The notes under the pieces were generated by a model, which saw only the letters and a list, made by a program, of their open reading frames with translations, had not been told where the DNA came from and ran no database searches. A stretch of DNA of 64,000 nt from the NCBI GenBank assembly GCA_965140585.1, contig OZ223267.1:352001-416000 (forward strand). The letters run 5' to 3'. How positions within the stretch are numbered: position 1 is the stretch's first letter; the number at the start of each line of letters is the position of its first letter. Both the position numbers and the translations under genes were made by a program. The stretch is from Spirochaetia bacterium. Lineage in GTDB: Bacteria > Spirochaetota > Spirochaetia > UBA9216. Positions 9,665 through 19,612 of this stretch are shown piece by piece.

Positions 9665-10528
9665 ATGAACAAGATTAAGAGTTACGAAGATGAAAACATA
9701 TTATCGATTTACCTGAAAGAAATAAATAAGATTCCTCTGTTAACCAGAGAAGAAGAAGATGATTATGCAAGAAGAGCTGCCAAAGGTGAGAAAGCAGCAA
9801 TTGATGCCCTTGTCAAAGGAAATTTGCGTTTTGTTGTAAACGTTGCAAAGAAATATCAGAATCAGGGAATGCCTTTATCAGATTTGATTAACGAAGGCAA
9901 TATCGGATTAATGAATGCCATAGAGAGATATGATGTAGATAAGGGATACCACTTTATATCATATGCTGTTTGGTGGATAAGACAGGCTATACTTAAAGCA
10001 ATTTGCGAGAAGTCCAGAATGATAAGACTTCCGCTTAACCGGGCTAATGAACTTGTACAGATCGAAAAAGCAAGAAAGGCCCTTCTCTCAGACAAAGGAG
10101 AAAATCCTGATGTTAATGACATCGCCTGGGCAGTCAATATGGACAGTGAGCATGTTTCAAGTTTAATGAATATTTCACGTGAACATATATCGCTTGAGAC
10201 TCCGGTTTATGAAGAACGTGATTCTTCACAGCTTGGCGATTTTATCGAGGATGAAGATTATACCAGCCCGGAGGAGGCTGCGATATCCAACCAGCTGAGA
10301 GAAGATATAAATACTATACTCAGTACCCTTAGTGATAAGGAAGCTGATATTATTGAACTTCGGTTCGGTCTGAACGGTAAGGCTCCGCTTTCACTTAAGG
10401 AAATAGGTGACAGATATAACCTTACTAAGGAAAGAATACGTCAGATCGAGAAGAAAGCACTGGCAAGAATGAGACATCCGTCCAGAAGCAAGTATCTTGA
10501 AGCTTATGCGGATGTGCAGACGGCTTAA
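9665..10528 (+). CDS. Short sigma70-family factor lacking region 1.1 (RpoS-like)
   Basis: YLKEINKIPLL, NLRFVVNVAKKY, FISYAVWWIRQAI, ERIRQIEKKAL; SD GGAGG before ATG 9665. Confidence 0.9.
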   Translation: MNKIKSYEDENILSIYLKEINKIPLLTREEEDDYARRAAKGEKAAIDALVKGNLRFVVNVAKKYQNQGMPLSDLINEGNIGLMNAIERYDVDKGYHFISYAVWWIRQAILKAICEKSRMIRLPLNRANELVQIEKARKALLSDKGENPDVNDIAWAVNMDSEHVSSLMNISREHISLETPVYEERDSSQLGDFIEDEDYTSPEEAAISNQLREDINTILSTLSDKEADIIELRFGLNGKAPLSLKEIGDRYNLTKERIRQIEKKALARMRHPSRSKYLEAYADVQTA

Positions 10529-10600
10529 TGTTGCTGCAGAATTGTTCAGTAATGCCGGTCATTACGTTAAAAAATGCATACATGTTCTTGTGAGCAGGCA

Positions 10601-10634
10601 AATGCCCTGATGTTATATTGACATTAGGGCATTA
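10601..10634. terminator. Inverted repeat between sigma gene and ppdK
   Basis: AATGCCCTGATGT...ACATTAGGGCATT with a T-rich tail; also overlaps a TTGACA. Confidence 0.5.
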
Positions 10635-10717
10635 TTATTTTACTTTGTTTATTATTTATCTATCCACAATATAATTACATATGCTCTTACTTATAACTTT
10701 GGAGGGTTACAATTTTT

Positions 10718-13384
10718 ATGGCAAAAACAAAATTTATTTATTTTTTCGGAAACGGAAAAGCCGAAGGTGATGCCAGCATGAAAGAACTGCTGGGCGGAAA
10801 GGGTGCAAACCTTGCAGAAATGACCAGTCTTGGTATTCCGGTACCGCCCGGATTCACAATATCTACAGAAGTATGTGATGAGTTCTACAAAAATAACAGA
10901 AAATATCCAGCAGGACTGAATGAGGAACTTGATTCCACACTTGATAAGCTTGAAAAGCTGATGGGTAAAAAACTCGGAGATCCCTCCGATCCTCTTCTCG
11001 TTTCAGTACGTTCAGGTGCAGCAGTTTCAATGCCCGGCATGATGGACACTATTCTTAACCTTGGTATGAACGACCAAGCTGTTGTTGGTCTCTCGGAAAA
11101 AACAGAAAACGAAAGATTTGCATGGGATGCGTACAGAAGATTTATTCAGATGTACAGTAATGTTGCTCTCGGCATGGATATTAACGTTTTTGAAGATATT
11201 CTTGAATCAATGAAGCACAAGAAGGGTGTTGAACAGGATACTGAACTTGATGCTGAAGATCTTAAGAAGCTTGTTTCCCTCTACAAAGATGCTTTTAAAA
11301 AGGTTCAGAAAAAACCCTTCCCGCAGGATCCAATGGTTCAGCTTCAGGGTGCTATTGATGCAGTTTTCGGCTCATGGAATAATCCCAAAGCCATTAAATA
11401 CAGAGATATTAATTCAATTAAAAACCTCAAGGGTACAGCTGTAAACGTACAGTCAATGGTATTCGGTAACTTCGGTGACGATTCAGGTACCGGTGTATGT
11501 TTCTCAAGAGACCCATCAACAGGTCAGAATGTTTTCTACGGCGAATATCTGATGAACGCACAGGGTGAAGACGTTGTAGCAGGAATTAGAACTCCGGAAA
11601 AACTTTCCAAGCTTGCAAAGCAGGATAAGGGGATCTATCAGCAGCTTGTTGATATTAAAGATAAACTTGAAAAACACTACCGTGATATGCAGGACATGGA
11701 ATTCACAATCCAGCAGGGAAAACTTTTCATTCTTCAGACAAGAAACGGAAAGAGAACCGGTGCTTCTGCTGTAAAGGTAGCTGTTGACCTGGTTAATGAA
11801 AAACTTATAAGCAAAGAAGAAGCAATGTTCAGGGTTGATGCAGATCAGCTTGATCAGCTTTTTCACCCGTTGATTGATCCGAAAGTTAAGAAAACTCTTT
11901 CAGCACTTGCAAAGGGTCTTAATGCATCTCCCGGTGCTGCATCAGGAAAGATTGTCTTTTCTGCAGATGAAGCAGAAGCCTGGGTTGCAAAGGGCGAAAG
12001 CAAGGTTCTTCTTGTAAGAAAGGAAACCTCGCCCGATGATATCGGAGGAATGAACGTCGCTCAGGGTATTCTAACCTCTACCGGAGGTATGACCAGCCAT
12101 GCTGCTGTTGTTGCACGAGGAATGGGACGTCCATGTGTTGCGGGCTGTAAAGACGTTGTTATCAGCGGAAAGACTATGAAAGTCGGCGGAAAGACCTTCA
12201 AAGAAGGTGCGTGGATAACAATAGACGGTTCAACCGGTGAGGTTTTTGAAGGCCAGGTAGAAACCATGGCTCCGAAGATGTCAAAAGAACTTAATGATTT
12301 CCTTGGATGGGCAGATACAATCAGACTTAATGCAAAGAGAGAAGGTCTTGCACAGAAGGGCTTCCTTGTCAGAACCAATGCTGATCAGCCTGCTGATGCA
12401 AAGCTTGCAAGAAACTTCGGTGCTGAAGGTATAGGTCTCTGCCGAACCGAGCACATGTTCTTTGACGAAGGCAAGCTTGAATACTTCCAGGAAATGATTG
12501 TTGCAGATACAACAGACGAAAGAAAGAAGGCACTTAAAAAGATCCTTTCTCTTCAGACAAAGGACTTCAAAGGTATTTTCAAGGCTATGGCAGGACTTCC
12601 TGTTACAGTAAGACTTCTTGATCCTCCTCTGCATGAGTTTGTTCCACAGACAAAGGCTGATATTAAGGCCCTTGCAGAACAGATGGGTAAAAGTCCAAAA
12701 GAACTTACCGAGAAGATTGCTTCACTGCATGAATCAAACCCGATGCTCGGACACAGAGGCTGTCGACTTGGTGTTACTTATCCTGAAATCTATGATATGC
12801 AGGTCGAGGCAATCATCACTGCTGCAGTAGATGTAGCTTCAAAGGGTGCAAAGGTTATTCCTGAAATCATGATTCCGCTTGTTGGAACATGGCAGGAGCT
12901 CAGCACTCTCAGGGCTAATGCAGAAGAAGTAATTAAAGCTGTATTTGCAAAGAAGAAAAAGAAAGTTGACTATAAGATTGGTACAATGATTGAGATACCA
13001 AGAGCTGCACTTACAGCTGATGAAGTTGCACAGTATGCAGATTTCTTCTCATTCGGTACAAACGATCTTACTCAGATGACTTTCGGTCTTTCACGAGATG
13101 ATGCAGGTGCATTCCTTCCTTCATATATTCAGCAGAATATTCTTGAAAAAGATCCTACAGCATCTCTTGACCAGAGCGGTGTTGGTAAACTTGTTTCAAT
13201 GGCATCAGAGCTTGGCCGGGGCGTTAAAGCAGATCTCAAACTCGGTATCTGCGGCGAGCACGGCGGTGATCCTGCTTCTATTGATTTCTGTTACAGAACA
13301 AACCTGAACTATGTTTCATGTTCTCCATACAGAGTTCCAATTGCAAGACATGCAGCAGCACAGGCTGTTCTTCGAAACAAATAA
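10718..13384 (+). CDS. ppdK: Pyruvate phosphate dikinase
   Basis: LGGKGANLAEM, GGMTSHAAVVARG, GLCRTEHMF, FSFGTNDLTQ, GICGEHGG. Confidence 0.98.
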   Translation: MAKTKFIYFFGNGKAEGDASMKELLGGKGANLAEMTSLGIPVPPGFTISTEVCDEFYKNNRKYPAGLNEELDSTLDKLEKLMGKKLGDPSDPLLVSVRSGAAVSMPGMMDTILNLGMNDQAVVGLSEKTENERFAWDAYRRFIQMYSNVALGMDINVFEDILESMKHKKGVEQDTELDAEDLKKLVSLYKDAFKKVQKKPFPQDPMVQLQGAIDAVFGSWNNPKAIKYRDINSIKNLKGTAVNVQSMVFGNFGDDSGTGVCFSRDPSTGQNVFYGEYLMNAQGEDVVAGIRTPEKLSKLAKQDKGIYQQLVDIKDKLEKHYRDMQDMEFTIQQGKLFILQTRNGKRTGASAVKVAVDLVNEKLISKEEAMFRVDADQLDQLFHPLIDPKVKKTLSALAKGLNASPGAASGKIVFSADEAEAWVAKGESKVLLVRKETSPDDIGGMNVAQGILTSTGGMTSHAAVVARGMGRPCVAGCKDVVISGKTMKVGGKTFKEGAWITIDGSTGEVFEGQVETMAPKMSKELNDFLGWADTIRLNAKREGLAQKGFLVRTNADQPADAKLARNFGAEGIGLCRTEHMFFDEGKLEYFQEMIVADTTDERKKALKKILSLQTKDFKGIFKAMAGLPVTVRLLDPPLHEFVPQTKADIKALAEQMGKSPKELTEKIASLHESNPMLGHRGCRLGVTYPEIYDMQVEAIITAAVDVASKGAKVIPEIMIPLVGTWQELSTLRANAEEVIKAVFAKKKKKVDYKIGTMIEIPRAALTADEVAQYADFFSFGTNDLTQMTFGLSRDDAGAFLPSYIQQNILEKDPTASLDQSGVGKLVSMASELGRGVKADLKLGICGEHGGDPASIDFCYRTNLNYVSCSPYRVPIARHAAAQAVLRNK

Positions 13385-13403
13385 TCTTAGACAATATAAT
13401 CTG

Positions 13404-13432
13404 GGCTGACCGTCACCGGTCAGCCTTTTTTT
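13404..13432 (+). terminator. Intrinsic terminator of ppdK
   Basis: GGCTGACCG-TCAC-CGGTCAGCC-T7. Confidence 0.92.
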
Positions 13433-13487
13433 ATATACATTCAGCTGAATGGGTTAATCTGTATAGCAAATATGCTATAATCAACAC

Positions 13488-14528
13488 ATGAATGGAACTG
13501 AATTATTTATTAAGAAAATGCCGAAAGTTGAACTGCATGTTCACCTTGAAGGCTCGGTAAAACCGAAAACCCTGCTAGAACTTGCAAAAAAGAATAATGT
13601 AGAACTTCCGTACGATACACTGGAAGGATTAAAAGACTGGTACAAGTTCGAAAACTTCGATCGGTTTATAGAGGTCTACCTTAAAATATGTGAATGTATA
13701 AAAACTGCAGAAGATATTACACTAGTAGCATCTGAATTCCTTAAAGGCCAGGCTGAACAGAATATCATATATTCAGAAATTACATGGACACCTTTTACTC
13801 ATCTTAAACAGCATGGTATTTCCATTGATGAACAGGCTGCAGCCCTTGCTGAGGCCTCTGTAAAGGCCGAGGATGAATACGGTATACACAGCCGTTATAT
13901 ATTTGATATTTCAAGGCAGGAATCACCTGAAGACGGTCTGGTAACTGCAAAATGGCTTGCGGATAATGCTAACAACGGTTTAACAGTTGCACTGGGTCTT
14001 GGAGGGCCGGAAGCGGATTACCCCGCTGAAATCCATTACGAATCATTTAAAACTGTTAAAGATGCAGGTATTTATGCCGTTCCGCATGCAGGTGAGACAG
14101 CCGGGCCTGAAAGTATACGCTCGGCATTTGAGCAGCCTGGAACGGCTCGAATCGGACACGGGGTAAGGCTGGTAGAGGATTTGGAACTGCTTGATGAAGT
14201 AAAACGTAACGGTATTGTTCTTGAAGTCTGTCCGACAAGTAATATCTGTCTTAAAGTTTATTCTGATTACAGTAAACACAGTCTTCCGGAGCTTATAGAC
14301 AAAGGAATAATGGTTACCATCAATTCGGATGACCCTCCAATGTTCAATACGACACTTACAAACGAGTATCAGTTGATTCATGAATACTACGGATACGGAG
14401 TGAAGGATTTTTACCGGTTTAACCGTACAGCTCTTGCTGTAGCCCTCTGTGACAACAGGACAAAGCTGATAATCAGTTCAGACTATGAAAACAAATGGAA
14501 AGAAAGCCTGAAGATACTGGAAGAATAA
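13488..14528 (+). CDS. add: Adenosine/adenine deaminase
   Basis: PKVELHVHLEGS, HAGE, RIGHG, CPTSN, NSDDP. Confidence 0.92.
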   Translation: MNGTELFIKKMPKVELHVHLEGSVKPKTLLELAKKNNVELPYDTLEGLKDWYKFENFDRFIEVYLKICECIKTAEDITLVASEFLKGQAEQNIIYSEITWTPFTHLKQHGISIDEQAAALAEASVKAEDEYGIHSRYIFDISRQESPEDGLVTAKWLADNANNGLTVALGLGGPEADYPAEIHYESFKTVKDAGIYAVPHAGETAGPESIRSAFEQPGTARIGHGVRLVEDLELLDEVKRNGIVLEVCPTSNICLKVYSDYSKHSLPELIDKGIMVTINSDDPPMFNTTLTNEYQLIHEYYGYGVKDFYRFNRTALAVALCDNRTKLIISSDYENKWKESLKILEE

Positions 14529-15217
14529 TTAGAGAACTATACGATGCCCTTCTGTCCGTGTACGGTCCGCAGGGCTGGTGGCCTCTTAGATCTCGCAGGG
14601 ACGGGACGGGATTTACTCCCGGAGGTTATCATCCGGGTATTTCAGCAGAATTATCTTTCGATGAAAAATTCGAGATTTCTGCCGGTGCCGTACTTACACA
14701 GAATACAGCCTGGAACAATGCTGCATCTGCGATAGATTCTATGCTTGACGCAGGGCTTTTAGAAACTGAATCCGTAGCTTCCTGTGAACTTGGAAAATTG
14801 GCCGGCCTTATCAGAAGCAGCGGATATTTTAATCAGAAGGCTGAGCGGCTGAAGGTTCTGGCTGATTTTTATCTCCGTAAGCACGGAGAAATTCCGGAAA
14901 GAACTGAGCTGCTGATGCTGAAAGGCATTGGTCCGGAAACTGCTGATTCTATTCTTCTGTATGCCTGGAATATTCCTTTTTTTGTTATAGATGCCTATAC
15001 AAGGCGTATTCTGTCAAAAATTACTGATGATGACAGTTGGCAGAGAATGCAATATGAAGATGCGAGACATATTTTTGAATTGTCCCTGGATCGTTCAGTA
15101 GGTACCTTTCAGGAATATCATGCCCTTATAGTTATTCATGGTAAGACTTTCTGCAGGAAGTCTCCTGTTTGTGAGGGTTGTCATCTTGTTTCTATGTGTA
15201 AGTATGGGGAAAAATGA
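14495..15217 (+). CDS. Endonuclease III-related HhH-GPD glycosylase
   Basis: GAVLTQNTAW, LKGIGPETADSILLYA, C-terminal 4Fe-4S Cys motif. Confidence 0.88.
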   Translation: MERKPEDTGRIIRELYDALLSVYGPQGWWPLRSRRDGTGFTPGGYHPGISAELSFDEKFEISAGAVLTQNTAWNNAASAIDSMLDAGLLETESVASCELGKLAGLIRSSGYFNQKAERLKVLADFYLRKHGEIPERTELLMLKGIGPETADSILLYAWNIPFFVIDAYTRRILSKITDDDSWQRMQYEDARHIFELSLDRSVGTFQEYHALIVIHGKTFCRKSPVCEGCHLVSMCKYGEK

Positions 15218-15264
15218 TTGAAAAGTATTGAATTCTCGATTAATCTTTATATGGGGAGAAAAGC

Positions 15265-15789
15265 GTGAAAGAGATACAGGAAAAGCGTGCCTATATTGAT
15301 GAATTTCAAAAGCTTAGTATATTTCAGTTTATGTCTGCTGCCGAGATACTCAGCATAATCGAAGGCAGTGAATTAATCCTCTTTAATGACAGTGAAAAAA
15401 TAGTTACACAGGGTGAAATAAACCAGAATATTCTTGCAGTTGTAATGGGTACAGTACAGGTAAGTGTACGTGAAGAAAGCGGTAAGGATGTTTACATCAG
15501 CTCAATTGAGGCCGGAGAGATCTTCGGTGAGGCCGGTATGTTTCTTCGTGTTAAAAGAACCGCTAATATAGTAAGCCTTGATGAGTCTGTTATTCTGCGG
15601 ATACCAAGAAGCATTCTTATGGAGTTTATCAAACATAATTCATCAACCGGAAATAAACTTCTTCTTGTTGTCATTCACAGCCTGCTGAAGAAGCTTAGAA
15701 GTGCAAATCAGGATCTTGCTTTCGAAAAGATGTGTGATGTCCAGTTCAGCGAGGTTGATTCAATTATTGCAGAATTAAGCGATAAATAA
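15265..15789 (+). CDS. Stand-alone cyclic nucleotide-binding domain protein
   Basis: GEIFGEAG...RTANI phosphate-binding cassette; no HTH. Confidence 0.82.
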   Translation: MKEIQEKRAYIDEFQKLSIFQFMSAAEILSIIEGSELILFNDSEKIVTQGEINQNILAVVMGTVQVSVREESGKDVYISSIEAGEIFGEAGMFLRVKRTANIVSLDESVILRIPRSILMEFIKHNSSTGNKLLLVVIHSLLKKLRSANQDLAFEKMCDVQFSEVDSIIAELSDK

Positions 15790-15800
15790 GCGGACCGGCA

Positions 15801-17525
15801 GTGAGGTCATTCAAGTCCCTTATAATTTATATTATATTTTTTCTAATCATTGTATCAATGCCGGTTTTTTCTGGAGATACGGAACTTTCAGAATTATGGA
15901 AGTACTCGGCCGGCGGAAAACTCCTGAGCAGTCCTATCATAACAGAATTTGGAACAGTCTATGTATATGCGGAAGACAGGCATCTGCATGCAATTAATGC
16001 CGCTGGTGAGTTTCTATGGAAGTGCAGGATTACCGGTACTCCGGCCGATTCCCTGGCTGTAGGGCCGGACAATACTATTTACGTCTGCAATAAGGAAGGT
16101 ATTCTGCATGCGGTTAATCCAGGGGGGCAGGTTATCTGGAAGGTCAGGACCGGCGGAGAGCCTGCAGGCGACCCCTCTATTGCCACAGACGGAACAGTCT
16201 GCGTTACTTCCAAAACAGGTACGGTAAGTCTTTTCAGTCATACCGGCCGATTACGATGGCTCTTTGATTCCGGTTCGCTTATTCAAGCTGCAGCAATTAT
16301 TGATACTTATCAGGGTTTATTCATCTCTTCCGATACTGAGGGAATTATTGCCTTAAGTCCTTGGGGCAGGGAGCTTTGGCGATGGAAGCCGGATAATTTT
16401 CAAAGCGGAACAGTGTTTCATCTTGCGGTCCATGATCACAGACTGTATTTTGCATCGACTGCCGGACTGACGGGAGCTTTTGACGGCAGCGGTACACTTT
16501 TATGGAGTACAGAAACAGGTTTTCCGTTTAATTCAATGATTCTCATCGACACCGGTATGCTGTGCAGCGGAAACGGAGGAAGGCTTGTATCAATTGATTA
16601 TTCAGGCTCTGAGCTTTTTAATAGAGTAATTAATGCAGATTTGAAAGCTCACCCTGCTGCCGGTCTCAACGGCATGTATTTTCTCAATGGCGCACATAAA
16701 CTGGTTCTTGTGAGTTATGAAGGCCGGATTATTGCATCTACAGAGGCTGAGGGCGATGTATTAAGTCAGTTCAGTCTGGGCGCAGGTAGAATTGTTACCG
16801 GAACCGACAGATGGATTGTTTACTGCTTCAGGGCTTCAATGCCGTTGAGCGGTTACTGGGCACAGAAGGGAAAGAATTCACTGCATGCCGGCAGTACAGT
16901 AAGTGAAAGTTATACAATTAATGAAAATATGTACCGGACAGTGATAGATTATGTATATCTGAGCAGTCTTCTTGAGTCGGATTCGGTTGATCAAAAAAAG
17001 AAGGCTTTATCTGAGATTTATGAGCGTATTCTTGATGACCGGGAAGATCGCGGAGAAAACTATCTGCTTCCGCTTCTTTACAAGGCAATGACTGAAGGAC
17101 GGACAAGGGTGAATACTGCCGGCGGATATGCATCATCGAACAATTATCCTTCGGTGCGTGCCGAGGCTGCCAGGCTGGCAGGGTATGCCGGAAATCTGGA
17201 AACAATTGAACTTATAGTATCGCTTCTGGATGGTGAAAAAGACGGTGAGGTACGAGTTCAGATGATAAGAGCACTCGGCCGTTTGAATTCGGATTACAAG
17301 GGGCTGGTCCTTCCTGCGCTCTACAGGCAGATACGGGGAGATTTTACCGGCATTCCTGATGAAAAAATTGCAACTACTACCGTTGATGCGGTAATATCGA
17401 TTATAATGTATTCAGGGGTGAAGGCTTCAGGATTTGGCCTGAAGCTTCTGCTTGAAATCAGCCGCGGTCCCTATTCGTCTGGAACCAGGGCCAGGGCTTC
17501 TGATGCTTTAAGGAGGATAATGTGA
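15801..17525 (+). CDS. Secreted PQQ-type beta-propeller protein with C-terminal HEAT repeats
   Basis: Signal peptide; repeated L(H/Y)A(I/V)N..G...W blades; VRAEAARLAG/IRALGRL. Confidence 0.8.
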   Translation: MRSFKSLIIYIIFFLIIVSMPVFSGDTELSELWKYSAGGKLLSSPIITEFGTVYVYAEDRHLHAINAAGEFLWKCRITGTPADSLAVGPDNTIYVCNKEGILHAVNPGGQVIWKVRTGGEPAGDPSIATDGTVCVTSKTGTVSLFSHTGRLRWLFDSGSLIQAAAIIDTYQGLFISSDTEGIIALSPWGRELWRWKPDNFQSGTVFHLAVHDHRLYFASTAGLTGAFDGSGTLLWSTETGFPFNSMILIDTGMLCSGNGGRLVSIDYSGSELFNRVINADLKAHPAAGLNGMYFLNGAHKLVLVSYEGRIIASTEAEGDVLSQFSLGAGRIVTGTDRWIVYCFRASMPLSGYWAQKGKNSLHAGSTVSESYTINENMYRTVIDYVYLSSLLESDSVDQKKKALSEIYERILDDREDRGENYLLPLLYKAMTEGRTRVNTAGGYASSNNYPSVRAEAARLAGYAGNLETIELIVSLLDGEKDGEVRVQMIRALGRLNSDYKGLVLPALYRQIRGDFTGIPDEKIATTTVDAVISIIMYSGVKASGFGLKLLLEISRGPYSSGTRARASDALRRIM

Positions 17526-19096
17526 AAAAAATCAATCTGGTATTTGTGATTACCGCTGTATTTATACTTGCTGCAGTTGTGCAGGTTTCTGCGCAGGACA
17601 ATATTTACCTTGAAGAGCTTCAGAAGGCGGGTGAAGGTGCTGATATTGTTTTTGATAATTATGTTGGGCCGCATAAAATAATTGATTCTATCGCTGAAAT
17701 CAGGGGAATAGGCAGCTATCTTGCTTCCGGCATTAATGAAGGTGAAACAGAGTTCAGCTACCATGGAAAATACCGGATAATACACGCTGTGGATCCTGAC
17801 ACAGCTGAAGGGTTTGATGCGGACATTTTTATAATTGAACCTGAGGCGGCTGTTGATCATATCGATAACCTAAGAAGGATGATATCTGGTTATCTTGAAG
17901 CTTTTTATGGTTATTCAGGTAAAAACGCAGATACTCTTGCCTTTTTTATTACTGTGTATAATGCCGTTCACAGGCAGGATAACGAATATTTTTCTGCAAA
18001 TTACAAATCAGTTGTGACTGATAAACTTTCTGATGATAAAACCGGCTTATCACTGTCTTATCGTGACTGGCCGGGTAAATCAATGCTTGTTATACCGCTT
18101 ACACCGGCTGCAGGCACAGGAGTTCTTGGAGATCTTGCTTCAGATGTTTTGACCGAAGATGCTGTAATAGGTGTCATTAAGTCGGAAGACGGTATGGGGC
18201 TTGAAGAAAGAAAGGATATGGTGGATCTCAAAGAACAGGAGATAGCCGAAGAGAGGGCGAAGATTGAAGAGGAAAAGCAGGCAATTGAAGAGCAGAAACA
18301 GGAAATTGCAGAAAAACAGGCAGAACTGAAGCAGGAAGCTGATGCGCTGAAAGATGACAGCACCGCTGAAGCAGTCGAGCGAAAAGATGAAATAGCCAGG
18401 GAACAGCAGGCTCTTGATGACCAGACTGAAAAGCTTGCCGGGGATGAGGAGGCTGTTCAGGAAAAGGAAGATACAGTAACTGCGCGTGAGGAGACGGTGA
18501 TCGCTGAAAGAGAAGGAATTGCCACTGATCAGAATGAGCAGATAGCTAAAGAGAACGAGGAGAATAAGGCTGAGGCTGCTGCTGCGGAAAAGAAAGAGAG
18601 CGGAGCTGCAGTTGAAAACGGAATTGTATTTCTTAAACTTTCCGGCTCCGGTGCTGATGTTACTGGTCAGCCCGTCAGGATAAGTACGGCAACCGGACTG
18701 ATTCTGAAGGAATCCGAACTTAAAACAATCAGAGGACGGCATATGTTTGCCGAAAAAAATTCTATTTATGCTATAGCGGGCGAAAGCGGAACAAACCGTG
18801 TAGTATCAATTGTCAGGATAGATCCTGAAACACTTGAGCTGCTTGAAAGCGGACAGGCAGAGGTACACCCTGACAGCTATCTGCTAAAATCAACCGACGG
18901 CTTTTATGCTGTAGTGAATTACAACAGCGGATGGCGAATAGGGAAGTTTGACTTCAGTCTTAAGCTCAATTCAGTTTCCGAGGAAACCGTTTTTACTTCA
19001 ACATATATACTCGAGACGGGTGACTCAATACTTGCCCAGGACAACAGGGGCAAGGTTCTTGTTATAGCTAAAAAGGAGCTTTCCGCGGCAGAATAA
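17522..19096 (+). CDS. P83/100 family spirochaete protein
   Basis: FDADIFII, VDHIDNLRRMISGYL, TVYNAVHR, WPGKS; central E/K/Q coiled coil. Confidence 0.85.
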   Translation: MKKINLVFVITAVFILAAVVQVSAQDNIYLEELQKAGEGADIVFDNYVGPHKIIDSIAEIRGIGSYLASGINEGETEFSYHGKYRIIHAVDPDTAEGFDADIFIIEPEAAVDHIDNLRRMISGYLEAFYGYSGKNADTLAFFITVYNAVHRQDNEYFSANYKSVVTDKLSDDKTGLSLSYRDWPGKSMLVIPLTPAAGTGVLGDLASDVLTEDAVIGVIKSEDGMGLEERKDMVDLKEQEIAEERAKIEEEKQAIEEQKQEIAEKQAELKQEADALKDDSTAEAVERKDEIAREQQALDDQTEKLAGDEEAVQEKEDTVTAREETVIAEREGIATDQNEQIAKENEENKAEAAAAEKKESGAAVENGIVFLKLSGSGADVTGQPVRISTATGLILKESELKTIRGRHMFAEKNSIYAIAGESGTNRVVSIVRIDPETLELLESGQAEVHPDSYLLKSTDGFYAVVNYNSGWRIGKFDFSLKLNSVSEETVFTSTYILETGDSILAQDNRGKVLVIAKKELSAAE

Positions 19097-19139
19097 AGTT
19101 ATTGGTAAGCGGTTTTACTAAAGTACTTCGCGGTAAATA

Positions 19140-19544
19140 TTATTTTTTGACTCGTGCGAGGCGCTTTTTGATCTTTTGGATTAAGGCGCCCAGCCAGTTG
19201 ATAAGCTTTCTGAGGAAGCCGGGGTTATTAAGCCTGTCAAGCATCTCAAAGGCATCTCCGGCTTCATCTGTGGTAAAGGGTTTTCGGAAGATATTTTCGT
19301 CTATTTCAAGTTCAAGGCTTTCAATTTTATCAGGCTGTTCAATTATGCGCACCGGAACGGTTTCCCAACCGAGAAATTTAACTGCCTGCAGACGCCTTTC
19401 ACCGGCAATCAAAACTTTCTTGTCTGTAACCAGAATAGGATTCATGAGGCCGTGTTTTTCAATGGATCGGGCCAGTGATTCAATGTCACCGAGATCTTTG
19501 CGTATTCTTTTTTTTACAATAATCTCATCAATCTTCAGCTGCAT
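19140..19544 (-). CDS. ParB N-terminal (ParB/Srx) domain protein, no HTH
   Basis: LARSIEKHGLMNPI, LIAGERRLQA, ENIFRKPF. Confidence 0.85.
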   Translation of the reverse strand: MQLKIDEIIVKKRIRKDLGDIESLARSIEKHGLMNPILVTDKKVLIAGERRLQAVKFLGWETVPVRIIEQPDKIESLELEIDENIFRKPFTTDEAGDAFEMLDRLNNPGFLRKLINWLGALIQKIKKRLARVKK

Positions 19545-19612
19545 ATTAACAGTATATCTACAGCTTTAAAAAAAACAAGTATTTTTTGGAGAGGAAACGT
19601 CCGGCACCGCTT

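Noticed and set aside
18230-18600. E/K/Q-rich periodic sequence in P83/100 and its antisense ORFs
   Set aside because: Ordinary coiled coil; the antisense ORFs are shadows.
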